DNA of 64,000 bases from the human T2T-CHM13v2.0 reference genome, Homo sapiens (GCF_009914755.1 NC_060933.1); one strand, 5' to 3'; positions 39,798 to 56,344 are shown, counted from the stretch's first letter. The notes: generated by a model from the letters alone, not told the origin. Made by a program: numbers and translations.

Positions 39798-41049
39798 TTC
39801 TGGAATAGCCCATAATGACATATAGGAAGTCAGGATCACTATGGTAAAAATGAGGAAAAAGCACCATAAGGATGTTCAGAAAAAGTATCCACAAGAGAGT
39901 GCAGTGTCCTACTGAGGGTGAGGGAAACTGAATCCTGAAATGGGATTCACAGGTGGGAGGCTGGGGGACAGGCAAATGCAGGGAACAGCTTCTTCCACTT
40001 AACAACATTTAATCCTCTTTTGAGCACCTTGATATACCTCCTAAGAAAGGTCCTGTTGCTCATCTCTAAGAAAGAGCCTCCAGAATCAGAGTGCTTGGGC
40101 TCTGCCCTTCACCAGCTGTGTGCCCTACTGCAAACTACTTGGCCTCTCTAAAAAGACAGGGATCATGATGGCACCTATGTCATTGGTTATTGTGCTGATA
40201 GATTAGAAAAAATAATCCACATGAAGTAGGTAGCATAGAATTAGATACACAGCAATTGTGCAATAACCGTTAGATAACAATTTTTGTTGTCCCTAATATA
40301 CATGGAAAGCTCAAGCAGGCCCTGGAAATTCAGTGGAAAACTCTGTATTCCAGCAGCAGAGACAGACAAGTTGACAGTTCATTACAAGTATCATGTGCTA
40401 ATGACACAGACAAATGAGATTTAGCGATTCGGTACTATAGGTTATGTTTATTCCTGCAGGGGCGCCCCAGAGGTGGAAAATGACTTTCCTGTCTTCAGCA
40501 CAGTCTGGAGTCAGGTCTCCTGAGTCTCAGCCCAGGGGTACATCCACTACACTTTATCCCTTTGAAGGAAAAGGCTCTTTGAATTCTCTAGAGCTCTGTT
40601 TATCACTCTTTAGAAACAGCTATCTGTCAGTTACTGGAGAAACAGGTTAGATGACCTCTTTACATGGTCCTTATGCTCAACCTATTTATACAGAAGCAAC
40701 TCTAGGCTGCTTTCTGGAAGCTGACAGCCCTACCTTCCCCTCTGCAAAGTAGGCAGGGGCCTTACAGATGGAGATAGTCTATAAAGGAGCTGTCTCCAGG
40801 CATGAAGAAATGGGAACAGACTATTCAAGAGCTGATATGAGAGTGGGAACCCAGACAGACTGGCTCCAGGTCTGGACAGACACATCCAGGCTCTGGCTGC
40901 AAGCAGTGCTGGTTCTGGAGTTTGCCAAATAAGGGATTAGGGATGTGGATTGCCATTAACCCTGCAGCTTTCACAACCCGGATTTGCCTCCTAGGGAATT
41001 TCTCATGGCCAGCAGTGAGCATCCACCCATTTCTCCTTCCCCTCCCCAT

Positions 41050-41543
41050 TTTTTTCTTTCTTTTTTTCTTTTCTTTTTATAGAGATTAGGTCTCACCATG
41101 TTGCCCAGGCTGGTCTCGAACTCCTGGGCTCAAGCAATTCTCCTATCTCAGCCTCCCAAAGTGCTAGGATTACAGATGTGAGCCACTGCACCTGGCTTCT
41201 TCTTTCTTCCTTCTCCTTCTCCTTCTCCTTCTTCTTCTTCTTCTTTTTTTTTGAGATGTCTCAAAAGTCTGTCTCAGTCTGTCACCCAGGGGCTGGAGTG
41301 CAGTGGCATGATCTCGGCTTACTGCAACTTCCGCCTCCCGGGGTCAAGCAATTCTCTGCCTCAGCCTCCCGAGTAGCTGGGATTACAGGCGCCTGCCACC
41401 ATGCCATGCTAATTTTTGTATTTTTAGTACAGGGTTTCACCATCTTGGCTAGGCTGGTCATGAACTCCCGACCTCATGATCCACCCGCCTCGGCCTCCCA
41501 ACGTGCCGGGATTACAGGCATGAGCCATCGCGCCCGATCTGGC
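41050..41543 (-). mobile_element. Alu monomer (41050-41196) plus full Alu (41200-41543)
   Basis: Antisense Alu consensus. Confidence 0.85.
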
Positions 41544-42688
41544 CTTTTCTTCTTTATTTGAAGTGCCACACTCTCAGACCCTCATGTTCACTCACACATC
41601 ATTCCAGCACTTACCCACATTCTTAGCTCATACATCTGCTCATATAAACTGAGGCTTAGCACTCACTCTGACTCCCAGGCACAGAATCATAAATTCACCA
41701 AACACACATGCAGACACTCCCATGCAGTCACACACACACTCATTCACACATACTGTAACATCTGCATACACACTGTGCACACAATTCACATCCCCATACA
41801 CACACAGGTGACCCCTCATCCACAATGCTTTGCTGACCAATCACTTATGATATCTCCACCAATCACTTATGATATCTCCAAAGGGGCCGTTTAAGCATGT
41901 TTGGGAGAGATGCCTGGACCACTGAGTTTTCCCCCAAAAAAGCCTCCCTGACCTGTCAACTACCAGGTGGTTTGTTCTCTGTCCTGCAAAACCCGGACCC
42001 CAAACAGTGCAAGGTGTTTGTTGAGTGAATGAAGTATCAACTGCTTATCATCCTATTCTTCAGATTTGCCTCTGAATCACCGTGGTAATAGTGTGACATG
42101 GATGTGTCAACAACTTACTGCCAAATTTACACACCTTCTTTGTTTGGCTAAATTAAATATTTCTCAATACTAACTGCTTTAAAAAGAAGAGCTTATATAT
42201 GGGGAGTCTCAACCAAAAAGAAAAAGATAGAAATGGTACTAACTATCCAGCCCCTCTGCCCCAATCCCTAATTGGTGGCTGCAGAGTTGAGATCTGGGAA
42301 TGTTGCCTCTTAGAATGGAGGTTGCTCAAAACAGACATGATACAAATGGATTCCTCCCAGGACACTGATTAGCTACTGGAGTCCCATCCTCCCCATCCAG
42401 AGAGAACAGAAGGGACAGGGCTGTGTCTCAAAGGTATTGTCCTGGTGGGTACACATAATACTAACCACCAGCCTCAGACTGTGACCAGAGCTAAGATTCA
42501 TTCAAGTGCCTCCCTGACCCCTCCCCACCACCAGAAAAACACCTTTTGTTATCGGAGCAGAACCAGCTTCTCCCTAGCTGTCTCCCCCACGGCAATGTGT
42601 CAGAGACAGGTGGTTTACATCTGCTAGGCATTCTTCCTTCTCAGACTCAGGCACAGTGGGTGAGGAGTCTACCTACAGTGGCCTCAGC

Positions 42689-42775
42689 TATTGGTTGAAC
42701 TATATATGAAATTGCCTTTTTTTTTTCAGGTTAAAAATGGTCAAATGTCAGCCATTTCATCTGGTCAAATGAATA
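42689..42775. mobile_element. MADE2-like mariner MITE
   Basis: About 85 bp with degenerate terminal inverted repeats tattggttgaac..atgaaattgcc / gccatttcat..ggtcaaatgaata. Confidence 0.45.
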
Positions 42776-43234
42776 CTTTACCTTACTCCAAAAGATAAGT
42801 CAGAAGATTTTTCCAGTTGGGTCCTTCCTCCAGCACCAAATGATCATTTGGTTTGTGATACATTGGGAGTCAAAATATACATAGTAGATCAACATGGGGA
42901 TATCAACAAGATGCTCCTGTTTGAACGGTTTTAGGGTTCCTGGGGGTGAAAATCCGTTTATTTCTTCAAGATGAGGAAAACCTGCTGTAGAGGAAATTTA
43001 CTGTACACAAGCTGAAACCCGCTTTGCCAAATCTCTGTAAGATTAGGAAATGGCGTACAGTCGGGATCAGGTAGAGATTTTTGGGGATACGTTCAGAACT
43101 CTGAATGCAGCAGGAAGCCTACACAGGGACAGAGAGAGGGGGTCCATTCCTATCTTCTTTTCATGAGACTGAAAAGAAGTACAGGGCCAAGCTTCTAGAT
43201 AAGCACTCACTTTTTTAAAACATTGTATTTATAG

Positions 43235-44035
<801 letters not shown>

Positions 44036-44676
44036 TAAAAAGTATTTGTAAATTTGCTGTCGTCAGCTGGATGGGACATGGATGGCTGTTTTTCAAACCT
44101 GTTTACCCTGCAAATGTGGGGCAGTCTGAGCATTGGCCTTCCAAGCTCAGTGCAGCATTGTTGGAGAAACCAGGGCCCCTCAGTCTTCCTGCAGGAGGCA
44201 GGCATGCAGGGCCTGGGAGTCCCGGGCAGCTGGAGTAGACAACCTTGCAGCAGCTGTGAAAGGAACCTGTCAAGACAACTGAGGTAAAGAGCCTATACCT
44301 GTGAATTCTCAGGGGTGTTTCCCTCCTCAGCCCTGGCTTCAACAGTGAAGGGATCCTCACAGCACTTACCTTCCCTGCAAAGCTAAAACAAACCATTGCT
44401 TTCTTCTCAGCTGTCCAGAGGCCTGCTGTTTGCTCTGGTTTGGCTCAAAGCCCTTCCAGACAGTCAGGAAAGTTATAAATGTGGATGACCCCTACAATTG
44501 GCTGGATAATGGCCCTAAAAATTATCCAGGTCCTGATGGTCGGAACCTGTGAATGTTATCTGGCAAAAGAGACTTTGCGCACGTGATTAAATTAAGGATC
44601 TTGAAATGGGGACATAACCCTGGATTATCTGATGGGTCCTAGATGTAATCATAAGGATCTTTAAAAGAGGGAGGCA

Positions 44677-45160
<484 letters not shown>

Positions 45161-46583
45161 TTGGGTGGTCAGAGTGGCCTCACTAAGAGAGTGACATTTG
45201 GGAAAAAAGAAAAAGAACAAAATGCAGTGAGAAAACATACATATTAAAAACCCATTGGTAGTTCCTTCTTGTCCCAGAGTAAATTCCTGACTTTCAACAC
45301 AGCCTCCGGGTTGTTGGCGGCCTGGCTCCTGCTTCCTCCAGCCTTACCAGCACAAGATCCAGTAAACACTAGCCCCCACGACACGCACACCCACTGTCTC
45401 CACACAGGCCAACCTTGAATGTGCACGCTCCTCCTGTGTCACACACATCAGATCCACAATACTGCTCATGGCATAAATATAAAATAATAGAGGTATCGTT
45501 GGAGAGAAGATGGAAGGCTAGTTGATGGAGTTAACAGGGAAAATATGCAAAGGTCCTGGCCATAACATGTTCAACTCCACCCTCAGGCTCACTTATAACT
45601 GCAGATCAGCACGTGGAGGGCAGTTGCAGGTCATCCATTCCACCCCTCACTGTACGGATGGGGACATCGAGGTCCCAGAGACGGGCAGTGGCATCCTTGG
45701 GGATCACACAGCCTTACCTACACATAAAGACCCAACATTCTGCAGGAATTACATGTTGTGCATGTGGTCTTTTCATGAGTCTCAAGTTCCTCTACTGAAC
45801 CTCAGAAGGAGAAATGACTGGTTGGATTTCCGCTCTATCAACTGACTACAAATGAGCCCAGGTTAAAGGGCCTCTAAATAATCTTTGTGACACTCAAGGC
45901 AGTGCCATCTTTCCTGAGTGGGGATTCTGTCTCGGGGGGTCTAGGTGTGCTATGGAAAGACAACAACAGACTATTGCTCCGTGAAAGGAGGGGAGTCATG
46001 GGCTGTCAAAACACAGAATCCGGAATCTCTTGCCATGGACCCAGGCTTGGGTGGCTGTGTTGTGATCTTATGATCTAGGATCCCATGGTTTGCAACAAGC
46101 TCTCTGCCTGGGGGACAGGGAAGGAGTGCCTCTGGTGGTACAGAAAGAAATTTTAGGACTCCCTGGCTAAGTGTTGTAACCAAAACATCCATGAGGAAGT
46201 TAGAAGTAAGTGTAAAGGTCATCAGATTGTGACAAAGCCAACAAAAACCGTCAAATGAATAAAGCTGTGTTGCAGATTCTTCAATGCAGGTGGGGGGAGT
46301 GGGGTGCACCAGAGCCCACTTATGTGAAGGTCAGATTATCTTACTCCTGCTTCCCATGTAAGGCCCAGAGAGGTGAAAAGCTACACCCAAAGCCCTCCCC
46401 AGCTCTTGGAACCCAGATGCTTCAGAGATACCCTTAGCCCTTCTCCCCAGTGCTTCCCCATGGCCCAGTAAACCATGACAGCAGCAGCTCTCCCTCTCCA
46501 GCCCCATCACAGTGCCACGGCCCATGTTCTCTCCCTGAAGCTGCTCCATTAGCTTTCAGACTGAGAATCTTAAAAGCTGTGTG

Positions 46584-46907
<324 letters not shown>

Positions 46908-47819
46908 CTACCATTTACTGAACAAGCTCCCACTGCCAGGTTACATGATAATTTAACATGTATGTTTTCATTTAATCCCTATGACATAGATTTTATTATT
47001 ATTTTCATTTTACTGACCAGAAAACTGAGGTTCAGAGATGTAAGCTATTTGCCTACGGTCCCAAAGCCAATAGTTGATGCGTATGGATGTGAACTGAGGT
47101 TAGCTCCAGGCTCAAGGTCTCTGCTAATACTGTCCTTAGTAAGGTTTCTCTGAAGAGCCTCTTTACTCATAGGCTGATTAGCAAAGGGTTCCTAAATATG
47201 CTTAAGAATCAATAACCATTAAAAATCCCTCACCCTACAAGAAACTCCCCATCAAAAAACTGGATCAGTGAAATGAACAGGCAATACACAGAAATGGAAG
47301 TACCCGTAAGAAAAATAGTTTACTACCCTAGTAATCAAAGAAAAACAAAATTACACGGGTGTATTCCTTTTGGCTTATCAGATTGGAAAATATTTTTCTA
47401 AAAAGAAAAATGTAATTATCTTGTAATGACTACACTAAAAATCTAGGGCATAATTGACTTAATTTACTCCAAATGTGTTGCTATTGCGTCCATAGCACGG
47501 ACTTGCCCATTTCAACTCAATATATGTTACGCTTGGGGTAGTTTATTACAATGAGCAATAAACATTCTCATAATCGCCAAGACAAGCCAAGTGCAAAACA
47601 GGAAGGGCGAAGACAGAGGGCAGCAGGTGGTCCCTCTCGCTCGCGACTCCGGGAACGCCAAGCCTCAGCCCTTGGGAACCTGGGGCGAGGCGCCTGGGTC
47701 TCGGCCAGGGGGCGCGCCCGAGGACGCCGAAGTAGGGCGCGTGTGGGGACCACAACTCCCAGGCGCCCGCGCGCCGCCTCGCCCGGACCACGTGATCCGT
47801 GCGGCCAGGGTAGCTATCG

Positions 47820-47840
47820 CGGCGGCGGCGGCGGCGGCGG
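47820..47840 (+). repeat. (CGG)7 trinucleotide repeat in the SLC31A2 5' region
   Basis: cggcggcggcggcggcggcgg read directly. Confidence 0.9.
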
Positions 47841-47910
47841 TTGAACTGACTCGGAGCGAGGAGACCCGAGCGAGCAGACGCGGCCCTGGCGCCCGCCCTG
47901 CGCACTCACC

Positions 47911-47916
47911 ATGGCG
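47911..47916 (+). CDS. SLC31A2: SLC31A2 (CTR2 copper transporter) coding exon 1, Met-Ala only
   Basis: CACC-ATG-GCG in Kozak context inside a CpG island, followed immediately by the donor GTAAGG. Joins in phase 0 to exon 2 to give MAMHFIFSD. Confidence 0.93.
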
Positions 47917-48599
47917 GTAAGGGCCGGGCGCTACGGTGAAGAGGGTGGGCGGTTGGGGCGGGGTCTCCTGGAGCTGCCATCTCGGCACCCCGAATCCTCG
48001 CTGCCGCTGGCCCGGGGCTGGTGAAGGGTGTGTTGGCAGCATTGCCAACAGCTGGAACAGGGTTGGGGGACGCGGCAGGTATAGGTTGCGGTGGCTCTGT
48101 GGTTTTCCTCTTTATTTGTCCCTCCTGCTGGGAGGCAGTCCGGCTAGGCGAGCAGTTACCGAGCGCCCGCGGTGGCGCGGCTTGAGAGTGGGGGCGCGGT
48201 GGCTGAAGACAGCTGGGTCCGGGGCCCCCGGCCCCGGACCTCTGGCCGGCGCCCCAGGGCGGAGAGCAGCGCCTTGGGAGATTCCAGGAAGGCTTCCACG
48301 AAAGGGAAACCCCCGGCGCATTTCAGCCCGCAGCCCCGCGCGCACACCGAGCGCACATCCCCGGCCCTGCTCTTGTCAAGTTTGTAGCCTGATTCTTCGG
48401 GGAATAAAACAGAACCAGCTACTTTCCAGCTTCCCTACACTTTCAGTCAGAAAACAGCGTTTCAGACAAGCTGTTTTTCTTGGTAGGGTTCACCTGGGCT
48501 GGAGAGAACGACAGCTTGCAAGACTCGTTCGTCTTTGAAGAAGTCATATCATTTTCTTCATCCCATGAAGAATGTCATAGAATTTAAGATACAGGAAGC

Positions 48600-48803
48600 T
48601 CAGCCTGGGCAACATAGCTAGACCCCGTCTCTACAAAAATTAGCCACAAGTGGTGGCAGGCGCCTGTAATCCCAGCTACTCGGAGGCTGAGGCAGGATGA
48701 GGAGGATTGCTTGAGCCCAGAAGTTCCAGGCTGCAGTGAGCCATGACCTTCGGCCTGGGCAACAGAACAAGACGTCCTCAAACAAACAAAACAAAAAAAA
48801 AAA
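48600..48803 (+). mobile_element. Partial Alu, SLC31A2 intron 1
   Basis: Alu 3' portion with A-tail. Confidence 0.8.
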
Positions 48804-50754
48804 GATATAGGAAGTGTATGTAGGCCATTTAGTGAAATGATCAGCCGTCCTTTAAAAAGGGAAATAGATGGAAAGCACTTGCAAAAGTTCCCCAGCCAGT
48901 CAGCCTAGCAACTGGGACCTTCATCTCCTTCCCAACCCTTGTTTACAAATAAGGAAGCTTTTCTCAAAGTGTAAGTAACCCCAAATGAAGAAATATAGAA
49001 GAAAACAAGTTCCAGGGATTGCTCCCTCCTTCACCACAGCCCCACCCTGAAAAAAGCACAAATCAGTTAAACTTTCAGAGGCCAAGATTCATCCCAAGTA
49101 GGAAAACAAGATTGGGGCCCTGCCCCTTGCCTATCTGACCACAAAGCCCTTTAATTGAAAACTGTAGCCCAGATCGCTTCTCTCAAGTCAGGGTGTGCTG
49201 ACTTCCATCTTTTCCTCTAGCAAAAAGGCAAAAGTAGAAAGGGTTGAGTGACAGGTGAGTCTTCGTCCCTCTGGGGCTTCGGACTCCGTGGGTGTTTCCA
49301 GCTCTGAACAAACCATACAGTTCATCTTCCCAGCTATCTCCTGCTTCTCTGGCTTCAGAACCATCCTAGCCAACTGCTCTCTGGCCAGGGCAGGTGTCTC
49401 TCAGGCGGCTTGGTCCCCAGCACCCCCAGGGAGCCTCCACTGTGCCTCCCTTTCTCTGACCTACAACCTGTTGTAATTATTTGCTCACTTAAATGTCCCC
49501 CCTCATAGACAGGTAGCTCCCTAAGGGCCAAAGACTTGTCCCATTCATCTCTGTATCGCCAGGGTCTGCACAGACCTAGCACAACAAAAAGAAATCTTTC
49601 AAATTACTCTTACTGTTCTGTGGGTGTTCAGGTCTATGGCAAAACATGTCTGGGCTGTTTTGGGCTCCTAAGATAACTGGCCCAGGCCCAAGGATGATAG
49701 AAGGAAACCAGTTATGGCAACTCCCTGACTGATTAATTAGCCACTAGGGACATTCCATTCATACCATCTGCTTTACCAAATGGACTCAGAGAAGGGGTGA
49801 TGGGTGTCACCCCTACCTCTACCTGGCAGAGATGGTGCTAGAGGCTTCTGCTGAGGATGAGGCCATCTCCGGTGTAAATGGAGTTTCACAGTATTGTTTG
49901 TACCTGTTTGGTTTTGTATATCAATCTTGCGTAAACATTTTGCTGTGTCAAAATGTTTTTTTTTTTTTTGAAAGCCTAACAGGAGAGATCTCTGAGTAGT
50001 AAGACTCAAAATGATTTTTTACTTTCTTTTCGGTACTGTGTCAGCTTTTTACATTGAGCTAGTGCCATTGGGGGTGGGGGGTAAAAGCTATTCTTATTTT
50101 TAAACTCTTCAACATTTTTTAAAGTCTTCAACATGATCTTTATCATGTTGTGATGTGACCGCCTAGATTTCCATTTTGAAGCTCTCATATAATTTACTTG
50201 ACCAGTCCCTACTGGTTGACAGGAGACCATCATGGTTCCTATGATTTCTCAAAGTGTGACCCCCAACAAACACCTGTCCTAGAAACACCTGTCCCAGAAA
50301 CACCCAGTACACTAAGGTTTGAGAACCAGTACAGGCTTTCCAGAAAACTCTCTGGCTCTGGGTACCTGATTGCCGAGTGACCATGGGGAGATAAGTGGGC
50401 TTTTATGTACCTTCCTTGTTAAAGAGGTTAATAATAGTAGGCACCTGCGGAGATGTCACAGGGAGTGACACATAATAAATGGAAGGTGAACGTGGTACAG
50501 GCACATGCAGTCCCTCAGAAGACACAGAGCTGTGTGGCTGTTCTGTCCAATCAGATGCTTTCACATTTCTTTCTCTGTCCTGCAGCTCCACGGTCTCCAG
50601 TGAGCCCAGTCCCTGGGTAGGCGCAGGCAGGGGTTGGTGACACAAGTCAGACCCCTTTTGGCACTGAAAGGCATGTTAGCTGAGTGTAGGGAGTAGAACA
50701 GCCAGGTTAGTCCCAGGTCTCTACCAAACCCCAGGCTGCAGCGTCCAAATCTGA

Positions 50755-51025
<271 letters not shown>

Positions 51026-54000
51026 CACTTTTTTCTTTTACAAGGTTTCAGGAAGAGTAGATAGAGTTCAAGATGGGAGCCTGTGAAAGTGAGGCCAAAC
51101 CAAGGGAAAGGGTTCCTAGAGTCCTGTCCTCATCTTACAGACGAGGAGACTGGGTCCACAGGGGGCTTTCTGCGTGTCAGCAGCTCAAGGCCACGCAGCT
51201 GGTTCCTGGCAGAGCTGGGAGGGAGATCCAGGCAGTGCAGCTTTAGAGACCGTGCCCCTAACCACTAGCCTTGCTGCCTCTGTTCAAACTGCAACAAAGT
51301 GAACTGAGCCTCAGAATCTCCTGAAGGGGGCTGGTTAAAATCTATGTCTTCCCTGTCTCCTGTGGCTCTGACCCTGGACTCTGATTTAGGGGCCTGAGGA
51401 GGCCCAGGAATCTGTACTTTTAATAAGGCCCTGGAGTCTAAGCAGCTGCTGCTGTCCCTCTACACTAAGCCGCTTGCCAGTGTGGAGCTCATGATTGGCC
51501 TGTGGTTTCCCAGTGATTCACCCGGGACTGACTCTGCCTCTGTGGATCCGGCTATAACAGCATCGTCATCCACACCTGTGATCCGCTCCAGTGTCCTCCC
51601 TCCCACCCTATCCTCTTTGCCTTTTCATCCTGTTGTCCGCTGTTGTCCCTGGGCTCTGGTCTTACTGTCCCATCCCCAGACTGGTCCTTGTTTGTTTCCT
51701 TTATTTAAGGTGCACTCTTCATCTTTCTCAGGAAATATGGGCCAGCTATTGGCTGAACATCCTTCGGGGGCTAAGCATGACTATCCTAATTGCACAGAGG
51801 CTTTTTCTCATACATTCCTTCCTCTCCCCAATTTCTTCCCATATTTTGTTCCAAAGTGGCCATATCAGTTTCTTCTGCTGTTTGCATATCTTCCTGAAAT
51901 GTTAAAACAACCGAACGACAGCACAGCCCTCATCTCTGTCTAGTATTGCACAAGAAAGTGGGCTGTTCTCTGTGTTGTAGCATCTGTTTTCCTCTTGCCA
52001 AATGAGGGCCTGGTAAGAAGACCCAGGATCCAGTCCTGATGCTGCCACCAACTCACAGTGTGACCCTGGGCATGTCACAGCTGCCCCTTGGACTTCCAGT
52101 GCTGCCCTGAGAAGCTGCATTGAGAGCAGTTAGGAGCACAGAATCTGAAACCAGCCCACCCAGGCAAAATTCTAGCTAGCAACTTGGCAAGTTACTTAAA
52201 CTCTGTCTGCCTTAGTAGTCTCATCTATGAAATGGAGCTAAGAATAATAATTCCCCTCTTGAAATTGAGTGAGTTAAGACATATAACATTTTTAGAAGAG
52301 TGCCTGGCACAGAATAATCAGTGTCATTTCCCTCCCAGCATGAAAAAAGAGGGTTGCTCTAAATTAGCACTTCCTAGAGGATAGTCTATGAGATTCTTTC
52401 CCACAGGGCACTCAGCAAGAGAAAAAGGGGAGGAGAGAGTTCTGGGTACAGGCTTCTGGCAGTGCAGAAAGCTATTAAACCTTATTTTGTCTAATTCCAG
52501 TCTCTCTCAAACTCCCTTGACCATAGAATCCATTTTTCCCAGTACCTCCTAGCATCCTGTACTTCTCCCATGGAACACTTCTGAGAAACACCCCTCCAGC
52601 TTTGACATGTATGGGAAAAAAAGGCACTGGGGTTATTGAGCCCTTACTGTGTGTCACTTTGTGTGGATGGCTTTGCAGAGTTTTCCCCCAGCTCCCCTCG
52701 GAGGAAACTGAGGCCAGAGAGAGGCCCTGGTTAACAAATGTGTTTTGTTCCAAATCCTGGACTCAGACTACTATTCTTTACTATCTCCTTTGGTCCTAAC
52801 TGTTGAGAGGGGGAGGATTGGAGACGACTAGAACATGCAAGGCCTGTGGTTTAGGGCTGTCGTCTGCAAGCAGAAGTTTGTGGCTCTGGTTTCCAGGAGG
52901 CTACAGGACACCCACATGGCACAGCTTCCTGACAAAATGGCAGCTAATCAAATCTGCCTACCTTTCCACCCCCACACTGACGTTTGCCTCCACCGGAACT
53001 CCTTTTCTGTAAGAACTGATGGCCCCCACAGCCTTCACAAGTACCCACAGTCTCACTCCATATCTTCCTCCCTTGAACAGAAACTGAGAGTAACCCGCTT
53101 ATAAGGAGGTCCGGCAAATCCTTTTCCCTCTTCATACTCATTTTCCTCACCTGGAAATGAGAGGGGGTGGAGAGGGACTCAAGTTGGGCCAGATCAGCAT
53201 TTTTCAAACTGAGTTTCATCAGAGCTCATATTTCTCTCCCCTCTCCACCCTGAGCCCCGTGTTTTACATAATGGAATTAGAAGAAAGATTTTAATTGGCT
53301 GGTGTTCCCTGGTGAAGAAAGCTGAAAGCCATGGGACTAAAAACTCTGAGGATACCTCTAGTGCTGAGATTCAAGGATTCTAATATTTGGCCATTGTCTT
53401 AGAAGGCAAAGGCTTCCACTAGCTGATTACAACTCAGCCAGGATCTCCTTAGCTGGGTAACACTGACAGTGTTTGCAGAACTGCTTGTGCTAGCTGAGGG
53501 CTTACCTGGGGACCAGAGGGGGCCTTCACTTCCCTGAGAGGGTGAACTAACTGATAGATCTGTTGGGCCCTCATCTTTCCAAACAGTCATTAAGCCTGGT
53601 GTGGGCGTCTGAACTCACCATCCAGCTCCCACTGTACCCTCCTTTCTTGGAGATTGGGAGGAAGCACCGTGTCCTGGAATGTCCAGGGCTTTGGAATCCA
53701 GCTAGACTCAGGTTTGAATCCCAGCTCTGCCAACTTACTAGCTTTGTGACCACCAGTAAATTACTTCTCTAAGTCTAGTTTCCCTAACTTTCCTTCCTGT
53801 AAAATGGACCTAATTGTCCCTGTCACACAGAGGACTGTTGTGACAATGAAATGAGATGATGTAGAAAAAGCCCTTGATGCCACCCTGAACACAAGGTGGA
53901 GCAAGCACCCTCTGAAAAGGCATCTGACAGGCACTGCATGGTCACTGCTTTTACCTGCAGTCTTTCCTGTAAGGCTGTGAACTCACCAAGGTCAGAGACA

Positions 54001-54562
54001 TTAACCTACTTCCATAATGCTTGGCACACAAACTGGGCTCAGCAAATGTATAGTGAATGAGTAGGCAGATGTGGAGTACAGTGAAGACAGCTGCCTCTGG
54101 GCCCCTCCACGATAAACACTGTGGGATCTGTCTAGACTGAACAGGACAAAGAGGACTCCAGGCTTCCATCACACGGGAGCCTGTTCTGGAGCTGCAGCAG
54201 AATGGCTAGGGTCCCGGGGGGGTAAGAAGAGGCAGTTGCACTTGGAAGGCATGGAGGGGACATCCCCACATAGTCTGAGGACACTGTCACATCCCGAGCC
54301 AGTTGGTCCAGTGAGGATGGACACTCCCACACCTCTATTCTCATATGGAGCATGGCCAGCTCAATTATAGCTCTGCTGCTGACCCTCTTGGGCAAGTCTC
54401 AGCTCTTTATGGCCTCAGTTGGCCCTGATGACTTCTGATGGCCCTTCCAGCACTTCCAGTGACCCCATTTTTCTGGGCTCCCAGAGGAGGTGCTGGAGAG
54501 CATTAAGGACCGTAACTTCCACTGCCCTGTGCCCCTATGATGCAGATTCCTTTCTCTTTCAG

Positions 54563-54629
54563 ATGCATTTCATCTTCTCAGATACAGCGGTGCTTCTGTT
54601 TGATTTCTGGAGTGTCCACAGTCCTGCTG
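54563..54629 (+). CDS. SLC31A2: SLC31A2 coding exon 2
   Basis: Acceptor ttcctttctctttcAG; encodes MHFIFSDTAVLLFDFWSVHSPA(G); donor GTAAGA; 67 nt. Confidence 0.96.
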
Positions 54630-55234
54630 GTAAGAATTGGGGACCTCAGACTTGTAGCTTGGAAAGCCTTGTAGTACTAGGCAAGGGAGAATCTGGGTTC
54701 TCTTGATTCTCTGTGGGCATTTAAGTGAGGCTGATTCCTCTGGCATAAACACTGAGCAGGAACTTCACAGTTATAATTCCATTTGTAACCACTCCCCTTC
54801 AGATCGCAAAGGGCTCCATTATCTTACTGATCCTCACAAAGGCCGAGAGGCAGGGAGGCAGCTTTTCCCTCTGTTACAGGGCAAGAAACTAAAGCCCAGA
54901 GACAGGAAGAGAGACTCGTGCAGGGTCACACAGTAAGTACGCATCAGAGCCACTACTAGATCAAGGCCTCCGGGTGTCACCTGGCACCTCCCTTATCCAG
55001 GGCTCATTGTTCTGCACCAGTTCAGAAGCCCACAGCAGCTGCTGGAGATGAGACACCAATTTGAAAGGAAAGAATATTCCTTTGATTTGAAAAGGCAGAG
55101 TTTGTCACTAATTCATGAAGAAGTTATTTTTCAACTTAAATAACTGCATCTTAAAAAGAGACTGGAAACAGCCCAAATGCCCATTATTGCGGGTGCAGAT
55201 TAAATAAATTATGGTCAGCCCTACAATGGGTTAC

Positions 55235-55772
55235 TATTTCTTGTTATCTATTGCTGAATAAACAGTGGCTTAAAACAAGTCATTTTATCATTCTCTCTCA
55301 AGGTTCTGTGAGTTGACTGGACCCAGGTGAGTGGTCCTTACTGAAGGTCTCTCATGCAGTATAGTCAAACAGTGGCTGGAAGTAGGGTCATTTGGAAGAG
55401 TTCCTCACTCTCATGCCAAGTGGCTGATACTGGTTGTTAGCTAGGACCTCAGCTGGAGTTGTTGGCTGAACACCTACATGTGGCATCTCCTATGGCCTGG
55501 GCTTCCTCGTGGCAGAGTGGCTAGATTCCAAGATCGAGTGTCGCAAGAGAACAAGGTAGAAGTACGTGGGATTTTCAAGACCTAGCCTTGGAAATCAGAT
55601 AAAATTACTTCTACCTTTATTGGCTGAAGCAGTCACGAAGGTCTTCCTAGGCTAAAGGAGAGGGAACAAACATGGACCCCACCACTTGATGGCAGGAGTG
55701 TTGACATCATAAGAAGGGGATGTGGGGTGGGATACATTGGAGTGGCTGTCTTTGGAAAATGTAATCTATCAC
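55235..55772. mobile_element. MLT1-type MaLR LTR, intron 2
   Basis: tatctattgctgaataaacagtggcttaaaacaa...ggaccccaccacttgatggcagg motifs. Confidence 0.6.
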
Positions 55773-55973
55773 AGATACGATGAAGCCACTGGGGAAAAGG
55801 TAAATCTGTGTGAACTGAGGTAAAACTGGATGATAAAGTCAAATGCAAAACAGTATGCGTAGATAGGATGCTGTCATTTGGACAAACAGAGGCTGATATA
55901 TACATTGAGTAACAGAGGTTGCTCTGGGGAGGAGAATTGGGGTGAAGAGAGATTGGGGTGGGAAGAAAACTGA

Positions 55974-56344
<371 letters not shown>

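Larger units (their letters stand above)
47600..48400. promoter_or_regulatory. CpG island / SLC31A2 promoter
   Basis: Very high GC and CpG density around exon 1. Contains E-box CACGTG (47789-47794), a (CGG)7 tract and MRE core TGCGCAC (47899-47905). Confidence 0.85.

Noticed and set aside
41836-41880. 22-bp tandem duplication (also short duplications near 8622-8651 and 50270-50305)
   Set aside because: Ordinary local slippage duplications with no further structure.
47546-48538. Several Arg/Gly/Pro/Ala-rich ORFs on both strands
   Set aside because: Typical stop-poor CpG-island frames; only the ATGGCG at 47911 fits the spliced CTR2 protein.
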